A stretch of DNA of 64,000 nucleotides. Origin: an uncultured Pseudomonadota bacterium. Lineage in GTDB: Bacteria > Oederibacteriota > Muellerivitia > Muellerivitales > Muellerivitaceae. A model generated the notes under the pieces. The model saw only the letters and a program-made list of their open reading frames with translations. It ran no database searches and had not been told where the DNA came from. Where the stretch lies: contig CAWJKT010000010.1 of the NCBI GenBank assembly GCA_963843375.1, forward strand, positions 64,001 to 128,000, written 5' to 3'. Positions 37,279 to 47,896 of this stretch are shown here, piece after piece; the stretch's first letter is position 1, and every line of letters begins with the position of its first letter. The position numbers and the translations under genes are program-made.

Positions 37279-37619
37279 AAGAACAGTTTAACAGTTCTTT
37301 TGAATTTCATGGCGCCGTCGCTATTTGACGTTCTTAATTTTAATTTCTGACGGATCGGGTGGGGGAAGAAAATGCATCGAAAGCGATTTAGAGATCAAAC
37401 CCTGCGTGGGGTCCAAATAAACAGAATCTTTCACGCGCGGGCATTTAATGGTGCGACGACAATTATCACTCCATTTCCGATGTAGTGCCTCAAAAAATTC
37501 TTTTAATATCTTCGATTTCTGCATTTGAAGCTCCGGTTTTCATTCTGGTAAAAGGGGTAACTTAAAAGCTCCTCCAATTCCAGGATGTGACGTATCCAAT
37601 ATGGTCAAGTTCTTTTTAA

Positions 37620-37645
37620 CTCTCTATGACGTCGGTCATAGAGAG
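37620..37645. promoter_or_regulatory. Crp/Fnr-type box (core 37626-37639) with 11-bp arms; probable autoregulatory site
   Basis: CTCTCTATGAC-gtcg-GTCATAGAGAG; TAATTT at 37662 (+, 29.5 nt), CATATT from 37603 (-). Confidence 0.8.
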
Positions 37646-37673
37646 CCCGTAAAAAGACCCGTAATTTAACCCA

Positions 37674-38333
37674 ATGAACACAAAAAGTTTTCTTTCCACA
37701 ATGGAAGTTCTGAAAAATCTGCCGGCGGATCGGTTGGCCGAGTTTGAAAAAAAGATGGTGGAGAAGAAATATCCAAAGGGTTCTTCTATTTTTCTTGAAG
37801 GCGACCCGGCGGATTATGTTTGGTTTGTAAAGGAAGGTCATGTGAAGGCCGTGATCCATTCCGCGGGAGGCAAGGACATGACTCTCTGCATGGTGGGTGC
37901 CACCAGCATGTTCGGAACCTGTTGTTGTTTTGGAGGCGGTCAATATCCATGCAACAGTATGGCCGAAACCGACACAACGGTAGTGGCTTATCCCATGAAG
38001 GAGTTCCTGGGGCTGCTGGAAAAATACCCCGCAATGTCCAAAGCAGTTGTACAGGCCCTTTCGGAAAGGTTGCGTCAATCCAAGGACATGCAGGTTTTTG
38101 AGCAGGAAAGCGTTGAAAAACGAATTCTGCATGTTTTGATCGGCTTGGTGTCGGAATTCGGAAACACGATTCCTTTAACCCGTCGGGAAATTTCCGAAAT
38201 GTGTGGAACAACCGTGGAAACCTGTATTCGCACCTTTTCCCATTTGGAAAAGGAGGGATTGGTTTCAAGTACGCGCGGAAAAATAACAGTGCGCAATGTT
38301 CGGGATCTCCTGGACCGGCAAGGGGCGTCTTAA
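37674..38333 (+). CDS. Crp/Fnr-family transcriptional regulator with a Cys-rich sensor domain
   Basis: IFLEGDPADYVWFVKEG effector domain, FGTCCCFGGGQYPC, HTH LTRREISEMCGTTVETCIRTFS. Confidence 0.9.
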   Translation: MNTKSFLSTMEVLKNLPADRLAEFEKKMVEKKYPKGSSIFLEGDPADYVWFVKEGHVKAVIHSAGGKDMTLCMVGATSMFGTCCCFGGGQYPCNSMAETDTTVVAYPMKEFLGLLEKYPAMSKAVVQALSERLRQSKDMQVFEQESVEKRILHVLIGLVSEFGNTIPLTRREISEMCGTTVETCIRTFSHLEKEGLVSSTRGKITVRNVRDLLDRQGAS

Positions 38334-38361
38334 CGACCTGCCCTAAATCTCTTTTTTCTGG

Positions 38362-41100
38362 TTACTTCAACTCGAGGTAGGCAGTTACATATTCATCGCC
38401 TGATTTTTGTGTTTCCGTAAAATTGAATTTTCGGCAAACGGCTCGCATAGCTTGGTTTTCGGGAAGAATATAGGCGAACACTCTGCCAATTTTCTCTGCC
38501 TTTCCCGCTTTTAAAAGGGATCCGAGGATTTCGGTTCCCAAACCACGTTTGTGCCATCGGTCTTCCACCAGTGTGGCAAATTCAGCGTCATCCCCAAACT
38601 TCGAACGACTCAAGCGGCCGATTGCGGCTATTTCTTTTTCACCTTTTGTATTTATTGTTTCTGCCACCAGAACGATTTCCCGGTCGTAGTCCACGTAACA
38701 AGTCCGGGTAAGTCGTTCATGAGTTGTTCGGGTGCTCAGCTTGATGTCTTGGAAATACCTCATGTAAACACTTTGAGCCGAAAGCGTCTCATGGAAATTC
38801 ATCAGTAAGGGTTCATCCTCTGGACGGATGGGCCGTAAGGTAAAGGGTTCGCCCAGGTTTGATTTCCATTGGGTGATATATTGGCTCGGATAAGGACGTA
38901 TGGCGAGTCGTGGAAGCTTTTCCAATGGGGTGGTTGGGTCATGCAATACGACTCTCGCGTCCAATGCGATGAGTGCGTTAGGCGAAGCCAGGAGGGGATT
39001 AATATCCAATTCCTTTATGAGCGGCTGTTCAGCGATTAGTCGGCTAAACCTGACCAGCAGCTGTTCCAGAGCCAACAGGTCCACGGGCTTGCGACCCCGC
39101 ACCCCTTGTAAGGCTCCAAAAATTTTGGTTCGTTCCATGAGTCTTCGAGCCAGGGTAGTGTTCAAGGGGGGAAGCGCCAAGGCACGGTCTTTATAAACTT
39201 CCACCATCTGCCCGCCGGAACCGAACAATAAAACCGGGCCCACCTGGGGATCAAGGCTACTGCCTAAAATGATTTCATAACCTTCCAAGGACACCATGGG
39301 TTGAACCGTCACGCCTTGAAAGTGGTTCGCCCCTTCCAGCTTTGTTACTGAGTCTTTGATCTCCTCAAAAGCGCGTTTAACCGAAGTTTCGTCCTTTAGG
39401 TTCAGCTTCACTCCCCCAACATCGGTCTTGTGGGTGATGGTAAGAGAATGCAGTTTTAGAACAACGGGATAACCCAATTGAGATGCGGTTTTTGCTGCTT
39501 CTTCCGCGCTTGGGGCTAGAAGAGTCTTGACCGTTGGAATCCCATAAGCCTCCAATAGCAATTTGGATTCCAGTTCCGTCAAAAGAGTACGGCCTTCCTG
39601 TCCGGCCTTGGTCAAAATGGACCAGGCTCCTTCCGGATCTGGGGAAGAACCGCCTTCGGAAAGGCTGGGCGTCTCATAAAGGGCCTTCAAGTTATAACTG
39701 TATTGCCACATGTAATTAAACATTCGACAAGCGGTATCCGGAAAAGGAAAGCAGGGCAGGTTGGCTTGACTGAGGATATTTCTCCCCATCTCCACGTCCG
39801 CTCCTCCCATCCAACTGGCGAGAATGGGCCGGTCCTCCAACTTTGCGAATGTCGCTACCTGTTTTGCGGTTTCCGTTGGGTCGGTCATGGCTTGGGGAGT
39901 CAGGATGATCAAAAGTCCATCATTCCCGGGGTCTTTGGAAAGGGTTTCTACCGCCTTCCCGAACCGCCCGGGATCCGCATCCCCCAAAACATCCACTGGA
40001 TTGCCATGGCTCCAGGCGGAAGGCAGAAAGGATGAAAGGGTTTCTTTCGTTTCGGGTAAAAGTTCGGCCAATTCACCCTGGCCCTCGATTAAGGCGTCGG
40101 TGGCCAGGACTCCGGGCCCACCTGCATTAGTTACGAGGCAAAGCCTTCGGCCTTTAGGGCGAGGTTGTTTGGAAAGGATGTCCGCCATATAGAATAGATG
40201 GGAAATATGGTCCACGCTCAATATCCCGCAACGCCGAAAGGCCGCTTCCAAAACCTCATCGCTTCCTGCAAGTGATCCGGTATGGGATGCCGCGGCTTTG
40301 GCGGCGGCTTCCGTGCGGCCCGCTTTGATAACAATGATAGGTTTCGTGAGCGCCACTTCGCGGGCCGCTGAAAGAAAGGCTCTTGCATCACCAATGGTTT
40401 CCATATACAGAACAATACTTTGGGTTTTGGGGTCATTTCCCAGGTAGTCAATCATATCTCCCCAGCCCACATCCAACATGGAACCCAAGGAAACAATGGA
40501 GCTGAAGCCAACATTCTCCTGCAAACTCCAATCCAAAACGCCGTTAAAAGGGCGCCGCTTTGGCTTACAAATGCCACGTTCCCGGTGCGTGCCATCGTAT
40601 TGGCGAAGGTTGCGTTCAATCCCGAAATCGGATTCATAACACCCAGGCAGTTGGGGCCAATGATCCGCATGCGAGCTGGCTTGGCTTTAGCGAGAACTTG
40701 CTTTTCCAATTCGGCTCCATTGCGGGCCCACTTCTTTGAAGCCCGCCGAAATGATAATGGCTGCCTTCACCCCAATCTCAACGCACTGGGCGACTAAGTC
40801 GGGGACAGTCGGCGCGGGTGTCATGATCACCGCAAGGTCGATTGGATCGTGAAGATCGGAAATCCTGGGAACAGCCTTGACGCCTAAAACACTGGAGTGG
40901 TTTGGATTGATAGGAAACACAGCCCCGCCGAATGGAGTTTTCAAGAGATTGGAAAGAAGGGTCCGTCCTACCGTGCCGGCTTTTCCAGTGGCCCCAATGA
41001 CCGCCACACTCTTCGGACTGAAAAAAAGCTCCAGGGGATTTGGCTGTGTACGTAAAAAATCATGAGAACGGTCGGCAAGGGGTTTCGAATCAATGTTCAT
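38362..41100 (-). CDS. Acetate-CoA ligase (ADP-forming)-like / GNAT acetyltransferase fusion (Pat-like); two frameshifts near 40715 and 40540
   Basis: [54 protein letters not shown]-terminal GNAT domain (LRPIRPED...RGLG). Confidence 0.85.
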
Positions 41101-41390
41101 GGCGATATCCTAAGGTGCATGTATTCGAAAAGAAAGCAGAGGATTCCCCCACACGATGAAATAAATGGTTCGGTTCCAGAGCCGGGCAAAATTGCCTTAA
41201 ACAACTCGGGAAATTTGATGTAACCGAGGTGGAGACGATAAGTCGATTGTTGAATCTTCAAAAGCTTCGGAGAACAGGCAGGAATCTTGTTTAACCCTCA
41301 TTTCAACCAATTCGGATTGATTGCTTGTTTTTTTGAGGGTTTTGATTAAAATTGCTCCCTCGGTTTTAAGCCGGGGTTGTCAAATAAGTT

Positions 41391-41466
41391 GGGGGCGTAG
41401 CTCAGCTGGGAGAGCACTTCCATGGCATGGAAGGGGTCGTGGGTTCGATCCCCATCGCCTCCACCA
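41391..41466 (+). tRNA. tRNA-Ala(GGC)
   Basis: 76-nt cloverleaf; anticodon arm CTTCC-atGGCat-GGAAG; G3:U70; GTTCGAT T-loop; CCA end. Confidence 0.97.
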
Positions 41467-41534
41467 TTCTTTCTTGATGTTCAACTGATGGTCTTGAGAT
41501 CAAAAAAGAGTCGTGTTTCTCAACTTGGATTAAC

Positions 41535-41570
41535 AAAAAAGCATCCGCATTAAATGGCGGGTGTTTTTTT
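41535..41570 (+). terminator. Intrinsic terminator after the tRNA
   Basis: A6-GCATCCGC...GCGGGTGT followed by a T-run. Confidence 0.7.
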
Positions 41571-41872
41571 GTTTTAGCAACATCCGAACCTAGGTTTTAA
41601 TCGTTTTTTTAGCAAGCTTATCCAAATTAACTCTTCCTTTTTCATCATTTAACTTACCCTTTTTCAATCAACTTTTTAAATGTTAGTCGAACACCCTTAC
41701 ACGGGGTTCGTTCTTCGAGAAAGAGAAGGCCTTGCTAGGTATTTATTGGTTGCATACTATAAAATGACCATCGATTGAAAAATGTTTAAAAACCGGATTG
41801 TATTCTTTTCCAAGAATTACTTGAATTTAGCTTGGTTACTTCAGGAATATATAAAACCTAAGGCGCTGAAAA

Positions 41873-43018
41873 ATGAGATCACGGGAAGAACTTGAAATAA
41901 TTGAAGAACAAAGCCTGGCCTCGTACGCTCAAAAATCCAGCCGGAGTAAAGGGCGTCAATACCCGGAAGCGGAGCATTCCTATCGAACAGCCTTCCAACG
42001 GGATAGGGATAGAGTCATTCATTCTTCCGCCTTCCGACGCCTTCAATATAAAACCCAGGTGTTCGTCAATCACGAAGGGGATTACTATCGCACAAGAATC
42101 ACCCACACGATGGAAGTCGCCCAGATAGCCCGCTCCATAGCCAGAAGCTTGGGATTAAATCAGGACTTAACTGAGGCCATTGCGCTGGCCCACGACTTGG
42201 GCCACACTCCTTTTGGCCATTCCGGAGAAAAAATCCTTAACGAGATTATGAAAAGTGATGGCGGGTTCGAGCATAACGCTCAAAGTTACCGGATCGTCAC
42301 CCATTTGGAGGACCGTTATCCGGATTTCCGGGGACTGAACCTAACCTATGAGGTCTTGGAGGGGGTGGATAAGCATCGGACAAGGTACGACAGACCGGGC
42401 GGGGATGGGGAACAATATACTCTGGAAGCTCAAATTGTCGATTTGGCCGATGAGATCGCCTATACCTCCCATGATATTGATGACGGACTTACATCGGGTC
42501 TGCTGGATTTCGAGGGACTGAATGAAGTTCCGCTTTGGAAGCGGAACATGGAAAAAGTAAAATCCCGGCACCCTCAACTCAGTAAAGATAAAATCAAATA
42601 TCAAACCGTAAGGTTTTTAATCGACGAACAAGTCACGGATTTGCTGGATGAGACCGTGAAGCGCATTGAAAAATTCAAGGTGCAATCGGTCGATAATGTC
42701 CGGAAATGCTTGGAAGAGTTGGCCTCCTTTTCGAATGATTTTCGCCAACAGTTTCTGGAAATGAAGAGTTATCTTTTTCAACATATGTACCGCCACAACC
42801 GGGTCACTCGGATGGAGGGCAAATCAGCCAAAGTGATTCAGGAACTTTTTAAACTTTATGAATCCGATCCAACGATTCTGCCAACAAATACCCGGGAAAA
42901 AATCAAAAATAAGGCTGAGCCGGTAAGACGCATTATTTGCGATTACATTGCCGGCATGACGGATCGTTTTGCCATCGAGGAATTCGAGAAATTGACCGAG
43001 CCTTCCATCCGGGTTTAA
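41873..43018 (+). CDS. dgt: Deoxyguanosinetriphosphate triphosphohydrolase
   Basis: FQRDRDRVIHSSAFRRLQYKTQV, HDLGHTPFGHSGE, DYIAGMTD. Confidence 0.95.
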   Translation: MRSREELEIIEEQSLASYAQKSSRSKGRQYPEAEHSYRTAFQRDRDRVIHSSAFRRLQYKTQVFVNHEGDYYRTRITHTMEVAQIARSIARSLGLNQDLTEAIALAHDLGHTPFGHSGEKILNEIMKSDGGFEHNAQSYRIVTHLEDRYPDFRGLNLTYEVLEGVDKHRTRYDRPGGDGEQYTLEAQIVDLADEIAYTSHDIDDGLTSGLLDFEGLNEVPLWKRNMEKVKSRHPQLSKDKIKYQTVRFLIDEQVTDLLDETVKRIEKFKVQSVDNVRKCLEELASFSNDFRQQFLEMKSYLFQHMYRHNRVTRMEGKSAKVIQELFKLYESDPTILPTNTREKIKNKAEPVRRIICDYIAGMTDRFAIEEFEKLTEPSIRV

Positions 43019-43135
43019 ACGCTTCTCCCGGGGCCGGTTGACAGCCCTCTTTCTTTAACATTAAGATGCCTCCATAAGTCCCCGTAAGCAAAAGGCTCAC
43101 GGGGGCTTTTTCATTTTTGAGCGAGGATCCAGACC

Positions 43136-44339
43136 ATGGAAACATTCCAAATTATCCAAAACGGTGACGATTATCTCCTGCCGGTTTATAACCGGCAAAA
43201 GATTGTCCTCATGCGTGGAGAAGGGGTCCATGTTTATGATTCCGAGAGGATGGTTTACCTCGATTTTTTTTCCGGAATTGCCGTAAACGGCCTGGGACAA
43301 GCCTATCCCGAGGTGGTCAACGCCATTATCGAGGCAACCAAGAAACTGGGACACGTTTCCAACGTTTATTACAACGAAACTAATGTTAAGTTGGCAAAAC
43401 TATTGTGCGAAATTTCCTTTGCCCAAAAAGTATTTTTCTGTAATTCGGGCACGGAAGCGGTCGAGGCTGCCCTCAAACTTTCCCGGAAACATTTCAGGCA
43501 GCAAGGGAAAGATAAATTTGAGATTATTAGTTTTTATCATTCCTTCCATGGAAGAACTTATGGTTCGATTTCAGCCACCGGACAAGTGAAGTACCAGGAG
43601 GGGCTGGAACCGCTCCTGCCGGGTATCAAGTTTGCGACTTTCAACAACATCGAAAGCGTGAAAGGGTTGATCACGGATAAAACGGCCGCCGTCATTATCG
43701 AACCCATTCAATGCGAGGGTGGCATTCAGCCCGCCGACCCGAAGTTCTTAAAAGAATTACGGGACTTGACCAGGGATAAGGGAGTTCTTCTGATTCTGGA
43801 CGAGGTCCAGACGGGTTTGGGCCGGACAGGTAAAATGTGGGCCCACGAACATTACGGGATAGAGCCGGACATGATGGTTTCGGCCAAGGCGCTGGGCGGC
43901 GGGCTTCCCATGGGGGCTCTTTTAGTGACCAATCAAGTTAGCCATGGTTTCAAACCGGGAGACCACGCTTCCACTTTCGGCGGAAACCCTATTGTCAGTG
44001 CGGCGTCCATCGCCACCATTGAAGCCATCCTTATGAAAGACTTGGTGACTCATGCGGCTAAAATGGGAGAAAAATTAAAACAAGGGCTGGAAGGTATCCA
44101 AAGGGAATATCCCAACCTCTTCACCGAAGTAAGGGGTATCGGATTGGTCCTTGGAATGGAAATGACGCCGAAAGGCCGCCACGCTGGTTTCCCATTGCGC
44201 CAAATACGGGTTATTAGTTGGTTCAGCCCATGAAAATGTCCTGCGATTTTTGCCTCCGCTTATTATCACCCAGTCGGATATTGACCAGGCATTGGACAAA
44301 CTGAAAAAAGCCATCACTGACGATCTTAAGTCAGTCTAA
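43136..44339 (+). CDS. argD: Acetylornithine aminotransferase (frameshift near 44180)
   Basis: [47 protein letters not shown] in the shifted frame. Confidence 0.9.
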
Positions 44340-44348
44340 GGACACTCC

Positions 44349-45284
44349 ATGGCCACTTTTCCCAAACACTTATTAACGTTAATGGAATTATCCCCAGGGG
44401 AAGTTTCGGATCTTCTGAATCTGGCGGCCAAAATCAAGAGGACACCAGATCAGTACTCCGAAACCCTGAAGGGCCAATGCCTGGCCATGATATTCGAAAA
44501 AAGCTCAACCCGGACGCGGGTTTCCTTTGAGACTGGAATGGTCCAACTGGGCGGTCACGCCCTCTTCATGAACAAGCAGGATCTTCACCTCGGCAAGAGC
44601 GAAACTGTGGCGGATACCGCCAGGGTCCTTTCGCGTTTCGTGCAGGGGATCATGATCCGGACTTTCGATCAAGAAACTGTTGAGGAACTGGCCCGGTTTT
44701 CGACTGTTCCCGTCATCAACGGATTGAGCGACAGCCACCATCCTTGTCAGGCGCTCGCGGATTTGCAGACCATCCAGGAACACTTCAAGAAATTGAAGGG
44801 TCTTCAAATCGTATTTATCGGAGACGGCAACAACGTCGCACATAGCCTAATGGTGGGTTCGGCCAAAACAGGGATTCATTTTAAATTAGTCTGTCCCGTG
44901 GGCTATGAACCCGATTCTTCGATCCTGGCTTATTCCCAAAAAGAAGGGAAAAAAAGCGGAAGCCGGATAGAAGTGACTCATCAGGTTCAAGGGTCGGTTC
45001 AAGGGTCGGATGTGGTTTATACCGATGTTTGGACCAGCATGGGACAGGAAACCGAAAAAGCGAAAAGACTTAAAGATTTCAAAAATTTTCAAATCAACGA
45101 AAAACTTATGGCCCAATCTCCGAAAGCCATCTTCTTGCATTGTTTACCAGCCCACCGTGGGGAGGAAGTGAGCGCCGGGGTGATGGATGGAAAACAATCG
45201 AGGGTTTGGGACGAGGCTGAAAACCGACTTCATGCCCAAAAGGCCTTGCTGGTGACTTTGATGGGTAAAAGAGGAAAAAAATGA
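44349..45284 (+). CDS. argF: Ornithine carbamoyltransferase
   Basis: STRTRVSFE, HPCQ, SMG, HCLP. Confidence 0.95.
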   Translation: MATFPKHLLTLMELSPGEVSDLLNLAAKIKRTPDQYSETLKGQCLAMIFEKSSTRTRVSFETGMVQLGGHALFMNKQDLHLGKSETVADTARVLSRFVQGIMIRTFDQETVEELARFSTVPVINGLSDSHHPCQALADLQTIQEHFKKLKGLQIVFIGDGNNVAHSLMVGSAKTGIHFKLVCPVGYEPDSSILAYSQKEGKKSGSRIEVTHQVQGSVQGSDVVYTDVWTSMGQETEKAKRLKDFKNFQINEKLMAQSPKAIFLHCLPAHRGEEVSAGVMDGKQSRVWDEAENRLHAQKALLVTLMGKRGKK

Positions 45285-46492
45285 GATCGCATATTAAAAA
45301 AGTAGTTCTTGCTTATTCCGGGGGGCTCGATACTTCCGTTATTATTCCTTGGCTAAAGGAAAATTATCGCTGCGAAGTGGTAGCTTTTATTTCTGACGTT
45401 GGGCAAGGAAAGGAAGTGGGCCCCGCTCGGGCCAAAGCTTTACGAACGGGAGCCATCAAGGCCATCGTAAAGGACCAGAGAAAAGAATTCTTGGAGGATT
45501 ATTGTTTTCCGGCACTGCGGGCGCAAGCCAAATACGAGGGAACCTATTTGTTGGGAACTTCGCTGGCAAGACCGGTTATTGCCAAAGGCATGGTGGAAAC
45601 AGCCTTAAAAGAGGGAGCCGATGCCATTGCTCATGGAGCCACCGGCAAAGGGAATGACCAGGTCCGGTTTGAACTGGCCGTGATGGCTTTGGCCCCACAC
45701 CTGAAGATCATCGCTCCATGGAGGGAATGGGAAATCAAATCCCGGGAAGACGCCATTGATTACGCCCAGAAACATGGTGTGGAAGTACCGGTGACTAAAA
45801 AAAGGCCCTATTCGATGGATGGGAATCTTTGGCACCTAAGCCATGAAGGCGGGGAATTAGAAGATCCCTGGAACGCTCCATCCAAACATGTTTATTTGAA
45901 TACCAAGGAACCCGCTTTGGCGTCGAAGAAGCCGCTGAATCTAATCGTTAGTTTTAAAAACGGTATACCCGTTGGGTTGAACGGAAAGAAGGTCGGTGCA
46001 GTCGCTTTGGTGGAAAAGATGAATAAATTCGCTGCAAGCTATGGAATTGGCCGAATTGATATCGTCGAAAACAGGCTGGTTGGGATGAAAAGCAGAGGCG
46101 TTTATGAGTCTCCCGGCGCGACGGTTCTTTATGAAGCCCATCGGGCCTTGCAAAGCCTAACGGTGGAAAGGGAAATACTCCATCACAGCCAGGTCATGTC
46201 GGTTAAATACGCGGATCTCATCTATAACGGCCAATGGTTTTCGCCTTTACGAGACGCCTTGGAAGCTTATTATCGTGAAATGCAGAAAAACGTAACGGGA
46301 GATGTCCGGGTGGAACTGAATCCGGGAAGGGTTATGGCCACCGGCGCCCGCTCGCCTTATTCCCTTTATCAACAAGACCTGGCAACTTTTGGGGAGGACG
46401 CGGTTTATGACCAACGGGATGCAGAAGGATTCATCCATTTGTTCGGACTGCCACTGATGGTAGTAGGAACTGTGAAAAGGAAGAACAAATGA
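45281..46492 (+). CDS. argG: Argininosuccinate synthase
   Basis: LAYSGGLDTS, HGATGKGNDQVRFE, KSRGVYE. Confidence 0.97.
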   Translation: MRSHIKKVVLAYSGGLDTSVIIPWLKENYRCEVVAFISDVGQGKEVGPARAKALRTGAIKAIVKDQRKEFLEDYCFPALRAQAKYEGTYLLGTSLARPVIAKGMVETALKEGADAIAHGATGKGNDQVRFELAVMALAPHLKIIAPWREWEIKSREDAIDYAQKHGVEVPVTKKRPYSMDGNLWHLSHEGGELEDPWNAPSKHVYLNTKEPALASKKPLNLIVSFKNGIPVGLNGKKVGAVALVEKMNKFAASYGIGRIDIVENRLVGMKSRGVYESPGATVLYEAHRALQSLTVEREILHHSQVMSVKYADLIYNGQWFSPLRDALEAYYREMQKNVTGDVRVELNPGRVMATGARSPYSLYQQDLATFGEDAVYDQRDAEGFIHLFGLPLMVVGTVKRKNK

Positions 46493-47889
46493 AGAAGACG
46501 TGGGGAGGGAGATTCCGAAAATCAACCAACCCTCAGGTCGAGGCATTCACCGAGTCAATTTCGTTTGACCAGCGGTTGGCGTCTTTTGACATTGAGGGAA
46601 GCTTGGCTCATGTCCAAACCCTAGTCAAGGCGAGGCTTTTAAAACCCTCCGAGGGAAAAAAGTTGTCAACCGGTCTCCAAAAAGTGAAAAAACTCCTCAA
46701 GGCCAGAAAACTACCAATGGATTCCAGCCAAGAGGATATTCACACGGCTATCGAGAGTGCCCTTACCCGGATCGTGGGACCTTTAGGGGGAAAACTTCAT
46801 ACCGGACGATCCCGCAACGATCAGGTGGCAACGGATTTACGCCTTTATTTGCGTCATGCGGTTAATGAAGCGGTACAAGCTGGCATTGAATTGTTGGAAC
46901 TCTTGACGAGGCTGGCGGTTGAAGAAAAAGACACTCTTATGCCGGGTTATACCCATCTTCAAAGGGCCATGCCTGTTACTTTAGGCCATCATCTGGCCGC
47001 TTATGCCTTCATGGTGACCCGGGACATGGACCGGTTTCTTGTCACTTGGGACAGGGCTAACTCTTTGCCTTTGGGTTCGGGCGCTTTGGCGGGAACCAAC
47101 CACCCTTTCGACCGTCTGCAAACGGCCAAACTACTCCGATTGAAATCGGTCGTTCAGAATAGCCTGGATGCGGTTTCCGACAGGGATTCTTACGTGGACT
47201 TTCTTTCGGCCGCCGCCATTACACAGATGCACCTTTCAAGATTTTCGGAAGACTTGATTCTATGGGCCAGCACCGAATTCGGCTTTATCGAAATGGACGA
47301 TGCATTTTCGACCGGTTCCAGTTTGATGCCCCAGAAGAAAAATCCGGATGTGGCGGAACTTGTCAGGGGCAAGGCGGGTCGGACGATCGCAAACCTGACC
47401 GGGCTTTTAGCGGTATTAAAAGGTTTGCCTTTGTCCTATAACCGGGATTTGCAGGAAGATAAACATTTTGTTTTCGATTCGGCGGATACGGTTGTGGCAT
47501 CGTTGAAAACCATGGCCGGATTTTTGGCCTCGGTAAAATTCAATCGGGAAAAAATGGGTCAAAAAGCCGATGAGGATTTGACACTTTTGGCGACGGATTT
47601 AGCAGATGTTTTGGTTTCTCAGGGCATGCCCTTCCGCCGTGCTCACGAGGCTGTGGGTCTAGTCGTTAATTACTGCCTGGAACATGGAAAGCGAATCCAG
47701 GATTTAAACGATCAAATCCTACGAAAGTTTTCCGATTTGTTTCCCAGGGGAACCGCCGAAAATCTTTCGGTGAATCATTCCGTCAATCAGAAAAAGACGG
47801 TCGGTGGGACATCACCGCAAAACGTCGTGAAACAATCTGTTTTGTTAAAAAATGAAATCACTAAAATAAAAAAAAGATTACCCCTTTGA
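46489..47889 (+). CDS. argH: Argininosuccinate lyase
   Basis: WGGRF, HTGRSRNDQ, GSSLMPQKKNPD. Confidence 0.97.
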   Translation: MKKTWGGRFRKSTNPQVEAFTESISFDQRLASFDIEGSLAHVQTLVKARLLKPSEGKKLSTGLQKVKKLLKARKLPMDSSQEDIHTAIESALTRIVGPLGGKLHTGRSRNDQVATDLRLYLRHAVNEAVQAGIELLELLTRLAVEEKDTLMPGYTHLQRAMPVTLGHHLAAYAFMVTRDMDRFLVTWDRANSLPLGSGALAGTNHPFDRLQTAKLLRLKSVVQNSLDAVSDRDSYVDFLSAAAITQMHLSRFSEDLILWASTEFGFIEMDDAFSTGSSLMPQKKNPDVAELVRGKAGRTIANLTGLLAVLKGLPLSYNRDLQEDKHFVFDSADTVVASLKTMAGFLASVKFNREKMGQKADEDLTLLATDLADVLVSQGMPFRRAHEAVGLVVNYCLEHGKRIQDLNDQILRKFSDLFPRGTAENLSVNHSVNQKKTVGGTSPQNVVKQSVLLKNEITKIKKRLPL

Positions 47890-47896
47890 GGAATTC

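Noticed and set aside
38362..41100. Programmed frameshifting in the Pat-like gene, macB, hppA or argD
   Set aside because: No consistent slippery-site and structure pattern noticed; window-wide indel errors are the simpler explanation
41391..41870. tRNA-anchored genomic island or att site
   Set aside because: No integrase and no duplicated tRNA 3' end seen; the accessory-like cluster lies on the 5' side of the tRNA
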